From assembly GCA_964057225.1 (NCBI GenBank), contig CAXKVF010000082.1, positions 62,001-126,000 of the forward strand: DNA of 64,000 bases, given 5' to 3'. Within the stretch, counting starts at the first letter, position 1. The number at the start of each line of letters is the position of its first letter. This DNA is from Auanema rhodensis (Eukaryota; Animalia; Nematoda). This document shows positions 12,801 to 23,786 of the stretch, piece by piece. The translations under genes and the position numbers were made by a program. Under the pieces are notes generated by a model. It was not told the origin of the DNA, searched no databases, and saw only the letters and a list, made by a program, of their open reading frames with translations.

Positions 12801-15800
12801 ACATACCAAGTGCACATCACGTGTACATTTAATTAGCATAAATTAAAGTTCACGTAAATTTCAAAGTCATGGTTACCATGAACCAATATCAATACAAATT
12901 TGTTTTTAGACTAATATGGACATGGGGAATCTAATTTTGAAAACCGCATCTCTTTATCTTTCACGTGAAGCGAGTTACATACCAAGTGCACATCACGTGT
13001 ACATTTAATTAGCATAAATTAAAGTTCACGTAAATTTCAAAGTCATGGTTACCATGCACCAATATCAATAAAATTTTGTTTTTAGACTAATATGGACATG
13101 GGGAATCTAATTTTGAAAACCGCATCTCTTTATCTTTCACGTGAAGCGAGTTACATACCAAGTGCACATCACGTGTACATTTAATTAGCATAAATTAAAG
13201 TTCACGTAAATTTCAAAGTCATGGTTACCATGCACCAATATCAATGAAAATTTGTTTTTAGACTAATATGGACATGGGGAATCTAATTTTGAAAACCGCA
13301 TCTCTTTATCTTTCACGTGAAGCGAGTTACATACCAAGTGCACATCACGTGTACATTTAATTAGCATGAATTAAAGTTCACGTAAATTTCAAAGTCATGG
13401 TTACCATGCACCAATATCAATAAAATTTTGTTTTTAGACTAATATGGACATGGGGAATCTAATTTTGAAAACAGCATCTCTTCATCTTTCACGTGAAGCG
13501 AGTTACATACCAAGTGCAAATCACGTGTACATTTAATTAGCATAAATTAAAGTTCACGTAAATTTCAAAGTCATGGTTACCATGAACCAATATCAATACA
13601 AATTTGTTTTTAGACTAATATGGACATGGGGAATCTAATTATGAAAACCGCATCTTTTTATCTTTCACGTGAAGCGAGTTACATACCAAGTGCAAATCAC
13701 GTGTACATTTAATTAGCATAAATTAAAGTTCACGTAAATTTCAAAGTCATGGTTACCATGAACCAATATCAATACAAATTTGTTTTTAGACTAATATGGA
13801 CATGGGGAATCTAATTTTGAAAACAGCATCTCTTCATCTTTCACGTGAAGCGAGTTACATACCAAGTGCAAATCACGTGTACATTTAATTAGCATAAATT
13901 AAAGTTCACGTAAATTTCAAAGTCATGGTTACCATGCACCAATATCAATGAAAATTTGTTTTTAGACTAATATGGACATGGGGAATCTAATTTTGAAAAC
14001 CGCATCTCTTTATCTTTCACGTGAAGCGAGTTACATACCAAGTGCACATCACGTGTACATTTAATTAGCATGAATTAAAGTTCACGTAAATTTCAAAGTC
14101 ATGGTTACCATGCACCAATATCAATAAAATTTTGTTTTTAGACTAATATGGACATGGGGAATCTAATTTTGAAAACAGCATCTCTTCATCTTTCACGTGA
14201 AGCGAGTTACATACCAAGTGCAAATCACGTGTACATTTAATTAGCATAAATTAAAGTTCACGTAAATTTCAAAGTCATGGTTACCATGAACCAATATCAA
14301 TACAAATTTGTTTTTAGACTAATATGGACATGGGGAATCTAATTATGAAAACCGCATCTCTTTATCTTTCACGTGAAGCGAGTTACATACCAAGTGCAAA
14401 TCACGTGTACATTTAATTAGCATAAATTAAAGTTCACGTAAATTTCAAAGTCATGGTTACCATGAACCAATATCAATACAAATTTGTTTTTAGACTAATA
14501 TGGACATGGGGAATCTAATTTTGAAAACCGCATCTCTTTATCTTTCACGTGAAGCGAGTTACATACCAAGTGCACATCACGTGTACATTTAATTAGCATA
14601 AATTAAAGTTCACGTAAATTTCAAAGTCATGGTTACCATGAAGCAATATCAATAAAAATTTGTTTTTAGACTAATATGGACATGGGGAATCTAATTTTGA
14701 AAACCGCATCTCTTTATCTTTCACGTGAAGCGAGTTACATACCAAGTGCACATCACGTGTACATTTAATTAGCATAAATTAAAGTTCACGTAAATTTCAA
14801 AGTCATGGTTACCATGAAGCAATATCAATAAAAATTTGTTTTTAGACTAATATGGACATGGGGAATCTAATTATGAAAACCGCATCTCTTTATCTTTCAC
14901 GTGAAGCGAGTTACATACCAAGTGCAAATCACGTGTACATTTAATTAGCATAAATTAAAGTTCACGTAAATTTCAAAGTCATGGTTACCATGAACCAATA
15001 TCAATACAAATTTGTTTTTAGACTAATATGGACATGGGGAATCTAATTTTGAAAACCGCATCTCTTTATCTTTCACGTGAAGCGAGTTACATACCAAGTG
15101 CACATCACGTGTACACTTAATTAGCATAAATTAAAGTTCACGTAAATTTCAAAGTCATGGTTACCATGCACCAATATCAATAAAAATTTGTTTTTAGACT
15201 AATATGGACATGGGGAATCTAATTTTGAAAACCGCATCTCTTTATCTTTCACGTGAAGCGAGTTACATACCAAGTGCACATCACGTGTACATTTAATTAG
15301 CATAAATTAAAGTTCACGTAAATTTCAAAGTCATGGTTACCATGAAGCAATATCAATAAAAATTTGTTTTTAGACTAATATGGACATGGGGAATCTAATT
15401 TTGAAAACCGCATCTCTTTATCTTTCACGTGAAGCGAGTTACATACCAAGTGCACATCACGTGTACATTTAATTAGCATAAATTAAAGTTCACGTAAATT
15501 TCAAAGTCATGGTTACCATGAACCAATATCAATAAAAATTTGTTTTTAGACTAATATGGACATGGGGAATCTAATTTTGAAAACCGCATCTCTTTATCTT
15601 TCACGTGAAGCGAGTTACATACCAAGTGCACATCACGTGTACATTTAATTAGCATAAATTAAAGTTCACGTAAATTTCAAAGTCATGGTTACCATGAAGC
15701 AATATCAATAAAAATTTGTTTTTAGACTAATATGGACATGGGGAATCTAATTTTGAAAACCGCATCTTTTTATCTTTTACGTGAAGCGAGTTACATACCA

Positions 15801-16544
15801 AGTGCACATCACGTGTACATTTAATTAGCATAAATTAAAGTTCACGTAAATTTCAAAGTCATGGTTACCATGAACCAATATCAATAAAAATTTGTTTTTA
15901 GACTAATATGGACATGGGGAATCTAATTTTGAAAACCGCATCTCTTTATCTTTCACGTGAAGCGAGTTACATACCAAGTGCACATCACGTGTACATTTAA
16001 TTAGCATAAATTAAAGTTCACGTAAATTTCAAAGTCATGGTTACCATGCACCAATATCAATAAAAATTTGTTTTTAGACTACTATGGACATGGGGAATCT
16101 AATTTTGAAAACCGCATCTCTTTATCTTTCACGTGAAGCGAGTTACATACCAAGTGCACATCACGTGTACATTTAATTAGCATAAATTAAAGTTCACGTA
16201 AATTTCAAAGTCATGGTTACCATGAACTAATATCAATAAAAATTTGTTTTTAGACTAATATGGACATGGGGAATCTAATTTTGAAAACCGCATCTCTTTA
16301 TCTTTCACGTGAAGCGAGTTACATACCAAGTGCACATCACGTGTACATTTAATTAGCATAAATTAAAGTTCACGTAAATTTCAAAATCATGGTTACCATG
16401 CACCAATATCAATAAAAATTTGTTTTTAGACTAATATGGACATGAAGGATCTAATTTTGAAAACCGCATCTCTTTATCTTTCACGTGAAGCGAGTTACAT
16501 ACCAAGTGCACATCACGTGTACATTTAATTAGCATAAATTAAAG

Positions 16545-19500
16545 TTCACGTAAATTTCAAAGTCATGGTTACCATGAAGCAATATCAATAAAAATTTGTT
16601 TTTAGACTAATATGGACATGGGGAATCTAATTTTGAAAACCGCATCTTTTTATCTTTTACGTGAAGCGAGTTACATACCAAGTGCACATCACGTGTACAT
16701 TTAATTAGCATAAATTAAAGTTCACGTAAATTTCAAAGTCATGGTTACCATGAACCAATATCAATAAAAATTTGTTTTTAGACTAATATGGACATGGGGA
16801 ATCTAATTTTGAAAACCGCATCTCTTTATCTGTCACGTGAAGCGAGTTACATACCAAGTGCACATCACGTGTACATTTAATTAGCATAAATTAAAGTTCA
16901 CGTAAATTTCAAAGTCATGGTTACCATGCACCAATATCAATAAAAATTTGTTTTTAGACTAATATGGACATGGGGAATCTAAATTTGAAAACCGCATCTC
17001 TTTATCTTTCACGTGAAGCGAGTTACATACCAAGTGCACATCACGTGTACATTTAATTAGCATAAATTAAAGTTCACGTAAATTTCAAAGTCATGGTTAC
17101 CATGAACCAATATCAATAAAAATTTGTTTTTAGACTAATATGGACATGGGGAATCTAATTTTGAAAACCGCATCTCTTTATCTTTCACGTGAAGCGAGTT
17201 ACATACCAAGTGCACATCACGTGTACATTTAATTAGCATAAATTAAAGTTCACGTAAATTTCAAAGTCATGGTTACCATGCACCAATATCAATAAAAATT
17301 TGTTTTTAGACTAATATGGACATGGGGAATCTAATTTTGAAAACCGCATCTCTTTATCTTTCACGTGAAGCGAGTTACATACCAAGTGCACATCACGTGT
17401 ACATTTAATTAGCATAAATTAAAGTTCACGTAAATTTCAAAGTCATGGTTACCATGAACCAATATCAATAAAAATTTGTTTTTAGACTAATATGGACATG
17501 GGGAATCTAATTTTGAAAACCGCATCTCTTTATCTTTCACGTGAAGCGAGTTACATACCAAGTGCACATCACGTGTACATTTAATTAGCATAAATTAAAG
17601 TTCACGTAAATTTCAAAGTCATGGTTACCATGCACCAATATCAATAAAAATTTGTTTTTAGACTAATATGGACATGAAGGATCTAATTTTGAAAACCGCA
17701 TCTCTTTATCTTTCACGTGAAGCGAGTTACATACCAAGTGCACATCAAGTGTACATTTAATTAGCATAAATTAAAGTTCACGTAAATTTCAAAGTCATGG
17801 TTACCATGAACCAATATCAATAAAAATTTGTTTTTAGACTAATATGGACATGGGGAATCTAATTTTGAAAACCGCATCTCTTTATCTTTCACGTGAAGCG
17901 AGTTACATACCAAGTGCACATCACGTGTACATTTAATTAGCATAAATTAAAGTTCACGTAAATTTCAAAGTCATGGTTACCATGCACCAATATCAATAAA
18001 AATTTGTTTTTAGACTAATATGGACATGGGGAATCTAATTTTGAAAACCGCATCTCTTTATCTTTCACGTGAAGCGAGTTACATACCAAGTGCACATCAC
18101 GTGTACATTTAATTAGCATAAATTAAAGTTCACGTAAATTTCAAAGTCATGGTTACCATGCACCAATATCAATAAAAATTTGTTTTTAGAATAATATGGA
18201 CATGGGGAATCTAATTTTGAAAACCGCATCTCTTTATCTTTCACGTGAAGCGAGTTACATACCAAGTGCACATCACGTGTACATTTAATTAGCATAAATT
18301 AAAGTTCACGTAAATTTCAAAGTCATGGTTACCATGAACCAATATCAATAAAAATTTGTTTTTAGACTAATATGGACATGGGCAATCTAATTTTGAAAAC
18401 CGCATCTCTTTATCTTTCACGTGAAGCGAGTTACATACCAAGTGCACATCACGTGTACATTTAATTAGCATAAATTAAAGTTCACGTAAATTTCAAAGTC
18501 ATGGTTACCATGCACCAATATCAATAAAAATTTGTTTTTAGACTAATATGGACATGAGGAATCTAATTTTGAGAACCGCATCTCTTTATCTTTCACGTGA
18601 AGCGAGTTACATACCGAGTGCACATCACGTGTACATTTAATTAGCATAAATTAAAGTTCACGTAAATTTCAAAGTCATGGTTACCATGCACCAATATCAA
18701 TAAAAATTTGTTTTTAGACTAATATGGACATGGGGAATCTAATTTTGAAAACCGCATCTCTTTATCTTTCACGTGAAGCGAGTTACATACCAAGTGCACA
18801 TCACGTGTACATTTAATTAGCATAAATTAAAGTTCACGTAAATTTCAAAGTCATGGTTACCATGAAGCAATATCAATAAAAATTTGTTTTTAGACTAATA
18901 TGGACATGGGGAATCTAATTTTGAAAACCGCATCTCTTTATCTTTCACGTGAAGCGAGTTACATACCAAGTGCACATCACGTGTACATTTAATTAGCATA
19001 AATTAAAGTTCACGTAAATTTCAAAGTCATGGTTACCATGAACCAATATCAATAAAAATTTGTTTTTAGACTAATATGGACATGGGGAATCTAATTTTAA
19101 AAACCGCATCTCTTTATCTTTCACGTGAAGCGAGTTACATACCAAGTGCACATCACGTGTACATTTAATTAGCATAAATTAAAGTTCAGGTAAATTTCAA
19201 AGTCATGGTTACCATGCACCAATATCAATAAAAATTTGTTTTTAGACTAATATGGACATGGGGAATCTAATTTTGAAAACCGCATCTCTTTATCTTTCAC
19301 GTGAAGCGAGTTACATACCAAGTGCACATCACGTGTACATTTAATTAGCATAAATTAAAGTTCACGTAAATTTCAAAGTCATGGTTACCATGCACCAATA
19401 TCAATAAAAATTTGTTTTTAGACTAATATGGACATGGGGAATCTAATTTTGAAAACCGCATCTCTTCATCTTTCACGTGAAGCGAGTTACATACCAAGTG

Positions 19501-22500
19501 CACATCAAGTGTACATTTAATTAGCATAAATTAAAGTTCACGTAAATTTCAAAGTCATGGTTACCATGCACCAATATCAATAAAAATTTGTTTTTAGACT
19601 AATATGGACATGGGGAATCTAATTTTGAAAACCGCATCTCTTTATCTTTCACGTGAAGCGAGTTACATACCAAGTGCACATCACGTGTACATTTAATTAG
19701 CATAAATTAAAGTTCACGTAAATTTCAAAGTCATGGTTACCATGAACTAATATCAATAAAAATTTGTTTTTAGACTAATATGGACATGGGGAATCTAATT
19801 TTGAAAACCGCATCTCTTTATCTTTCACGTGAAGCGAGTTACATATCAAGTGCACATCACGTGTACATTTAATTAGCATAAATTAAAGTTCACGTAAATT
19901 TCAAAGTCATGGTTACCATGCACCAATATCAATAAAAATTTGTTTTTAGACTAATATGGACATGGGGAATCTAATTTTGAAAACCGCATCTCTTTATCTT
20001 TCACGTGAAGCGAGTTACATACCAAGTGCACATCACGTGTACATTTAATTAGCATAAATTAAAGTTCACGTAAATTTCAAAGTCATGGTTACCATGAAGC
20101 AATATCAATAAAAATTTGTTTTTAGACTAATATGGACATGGGGAATCTAATTTTGAAAACCGCATCTTTTTATCTTTTACGTGAAGCGAGTTACATACCA
20201 AGTGCACATCACGTGTACATTTAATTAGCATAAATTAAAGTTCACGTAAATTTCAAAGTCATGGTTACCATGAACCAATATCAATAAAAATTTGTTTTTA
20301 GACTAATATGGACATGGGGAATCTAATTTTGAAAACCGCATCTCTTTATCTGTCACGTGAAGCGAGTTACATACCAAGTGCACATCACGTGTACATTTAA
20401 TTAGCATAAATTAAAGTTCACGTAAATTTCAAAGTCATGGTTACCATGCACCAATATCAATAAAAATTTGTTTTTAGACTAATATGGACATGGGGAATCT
20501 AAATTTGAAAACCGCATCTCTTTATCTTTCACGTGAAGCGAGTTACATACCAAGTGCACATCACGTGTACATTTAATTAGCATAAATTAAAGTTCACGTA
20601 AATTTCAAAGTCATGGTTACCATGAACCAATATCAATAAAAATTTGTTTTTAGACTAATATGGACATGGGGAATCTAATTTTGAAAACCGCATCTCTTTA
20701 TCTTTCACGTGAAGCGAGTTACATACCAAGTGCACATCACGTGTACATTTAATTAGCATAAATTAAAGTTCACGTAAATTTCAAAGTCATGGTTACCATG
20801 CACCAATATCAATAAAAATTTGTTTTTAGACTAATATGGACATGGGGAATCTAATTTTGAAAACCGCATCTCTTTATCTTTCACGTGAAGCGAGTTACAT
20901 ACCAAGTGCACATCACGTGTACATTTAATTAGCATAAATTAAAGTTCACGTAAATTTCAAAGTCATGGTTACCATGAACCAATATCAATAAAAATTTGTT
21001 TTTAGACTAATATGGACATGGGGAATCTAATTTTGAAAACCGCATCTCTTTATCTTTCACGTGAAGCGAGTTACATACCAAGTGCACATCACGTGTACAT
21101 TTAATTAGCATAAATTAAAGTTCACGTAAATTTCAAAGTCATGGTTACCATGCACCAATATCAATAAAAATTTGTTTTTAGACTAATATGGACATGAAGG
21201 ATCTAATTTTGAAAACCGCATCTCTTTATCTTTCACGTGAAGCGAGTTACATACCAAGTGCACATCAAGTGTACATTTAATTAGCATAAATTAAAGTTCA
21301 CGTAAATTTCAAAGTCATGGTTACCATGAACCAATATCAATAAAAATTTGTTTTTAGACTAATATGGACATGGGGAATCTAATTTTGAAAACCGCATCTC
21401 TTTATCTTTCACGTGAAGCGAGTTACATACCAAGTGCACATCACGTGTACATTTAATTAGCATAAATTAAAGTTCACGTAAATTTCAAAGTCATGGTTAC
21501 CATGCACCAATATCAATAAAAATTTGTTTTTAGACTAATATGGACATGGGGAATCTAATTTTGAAAACCGCATCTCTTTATCTTTCACGTGAAGCGAGTT
21601 ACATACCAAGTGCACATCACGTGTACATTTAATTAGCATAAATTAAAGTTCACGTAAATTTCAAAGTCATGGTTACCATGCACCAATATCAATAAAAATT
21701 TGTTTTTAGAATAATATGGACATGGGGAATCTAATTTTGAAAACCGCATCTCTTTATCTTTCACGTGAAGCGAGTTACATACCAAGTGCACATCACGTGT
21801 ACATTTAATTAGCATAAATTAAAGTTCACGTAAATTTCAAAGTCATGGTTACCATGAACCAATATCAATAAAAATTTGTTTTTAGACTAATATGGACATG
21901 GGCAATCTAATTTTGAAAACCGCATCTCTTTATCTTTCACGTGAAGCGAGTTACATACCAAGTGCACATCACGTGTACATTTAATTAGCATAAATTAAAG
22001 TTCACGTAAATTTCAAAGTCATGGTTACCATGCACCAATATCAATAAAAATTTGTTTTTAGACTAATATGGACATGAGGAATCTAATTTTGAGAACCGCA
22101 TCTCTTTATCTTTCACGTGAAGCGAGTTACATACCGAGTGCACATCACGTGTACATTTAATTAGCATAAATTAAAGTTCACGTAAATTTCAAAGTCATGG
22201 TTACCATGCACCAATATCAATAAAAATTTGTTTTTAGACTAATATGGACATGGGGAATCTAATTTTGAAAACCGCATCTCTTTATCTTTCACGTGAAGCG
22301 AGTTACATACCAAGTGCACATCACGTGTACATTTAATTAGCATAAATTAAAGTTCACGTAAATTTCAAAGTCATGGTTACCATGAAGCAATATCAATAAA
22401 AATTTGTTTTTAGACTAATATGGACATGGGGAATCTAATTTTGAAAACCGCATCTCTTTATCTTTCACGTGAAGCGAGTTACATACCAAGTGCACATCAC

Positions 22501-23584
22501 GTGTACATTTAATTAGCATAAATTAAAGTTCACGTAAATTTCAAAGTCATGGTTACCATGAACCAATATCAATAAAAATTTGTTTTTAGACTAATATGGA
22601 CATGGGGAATCTAATTTTAAAAACCGCATCTCTTTATCTTTCACGTGAAGCGAGTTACATACCAAGTGCACATCACGTGTACATTTAATTAGCATAAATT
22701 AAAGTTCAGGTAAATTTCAAAGTCATGGTTACCATGCACCAATATCAATAAAAATTTGTTTTTAGACTAATATGGACATGGGGAATCTAATTTTGAAAAC
22801 CGCATCTCTTTATCTTTCACGTGAAGCGAGTTACATACCAAGTGCACATCACGTGTACATTTAATTAGCATAAATTAAAGTTCACGTAAATTTCAAAGTC
22901 ATGGTTACCATGCACCAATATCAATAAAAATTTGTTTTTAGACTAATATGGACATGGGGAATCTAATTTTGAAAACCGCATCTCTTCATCTTTCACGTGA
23001 AGCGAGTTACATACCAAGTGCACATCAAGTGTACATTTAATTAGCATAAATTAAAGTTCACGTAAATTTCAAAGTCATGGTTACCATGCACCAATATCAA
23101 TAAAAATTTGTTTTTAGACTAATATGGACATGGGGAATCTAATTTTGAAAACCGCATCTCTTTATCTTTCACGTGAAGCGAGTTACATACCAAGTGCACA
23201 TCACGTGTACATTTAATTAGCATAAATTAAAGTTCACGTAAATTTCAAAGTCATGGTTACCATGAACCAATATCAATAAAAATTTGTTTTTAGACTAATA
23301 TGGACATGGGGAATCTAATTTTGAAAACCGCATCTCTTTATCTTTCACGTGAAGCGAGTTACATATCAAGTGCACATCACGTGTACATTTAATTAGCATA
23401 AATTAAAGTTCACGTAAATTTCAAAGTCATGGTTACCATGCACCAATATCAATAAAAATTTGTTTTTAGACTAATATGGACATGGGGAATCTAATTTTGA
23501 AAACCGCATCTCTTTATCTTTCACGTGAAGCGAGTTACATACCAAGTGCACATCACGTGTACATTTAATTAGCATAAATTAAAG
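16545..23584. repeat. Domain B: 20-monomer (3520-bp) near-perfect tandem duplication: 16545-20064 and 20065-23584
   Basis: Rare markers recur at +3520: TTTTAC, TGTCAC, CTAAATTTG, TGAAGG+CATCAAGT, AGAATA, GAGAACC, TTTTAAAA, TTCAGG, CATATCAAG. The ORF pair at 18113 and 21633 is also 3520 apart. I noticed one difference (T at 19748, C at 23268). Confidence 0.95.
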
Positions 23585-23786
23585 TTCACGTAAATTTAAT
23601 CTCGAAAAATTCACGTAAAATTTCAAAGTCATGGTTACCATGAACCAATATCAATAACAATTTGTTTTTAGACTAATATGGACATGGGCAATCTAATTTT
23701 GAAAACCGCATCTCTTTATCTTTCACGTGAAGCGAGTTACATACCAAGTGCACATCACGTGTACATTTAATTAGCATAAATTAAAG
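23585..23786. repeat. 202-bp variant monomer carrying the 26-bp insertion AATCTCGAAAAATTCACGTAAAATTT (first of 10 copies)
   Basis: The insertion follows monomer position 13. Copies start at 23585, 34890, 40372, 45517, 47479, 52432, 54745, 56531, 58844 and 61509. Confidence 0.97.

Larger units (their letters stand above)
1585..15136. repeat. Domain A: about 32-monomer block duplicated in tandem, with nested smaller duplications
   Basis: Monomers 10-21 (1585-3696) match monomers 55-66 (9505-11616) at offset 7920. Monomers 28-44 (4753-7744) match 67-83 (11617-14608) at offset 6864. Shared rare markers: TAGTCT, GTTATGG, TGTTCTTAG, GGTTAACATG, AAACAG+CTTCA+TGCAAA, CATGAATT. Confidence 0.9.

Noticed and set aside
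18113-18295. 60-aa minus-strand ORF MLIKCTRDVH... (also 21633-21815 and 63807-63989)
   Set aside because: It is one satellite monomer read backwards. C63A changes the usual TAG to TAT in 3 of 362 monomers. There is no recognisable domain, promoter or unique flanking sequence, so it is not called as a CDS.
23598-23623. Intact transposon or MITE with target-site duplication
   Set aside because: Only 12 nt are non-duplicated, with no terminal inverted repeats. Kept only as a possible repair scar or footprint.
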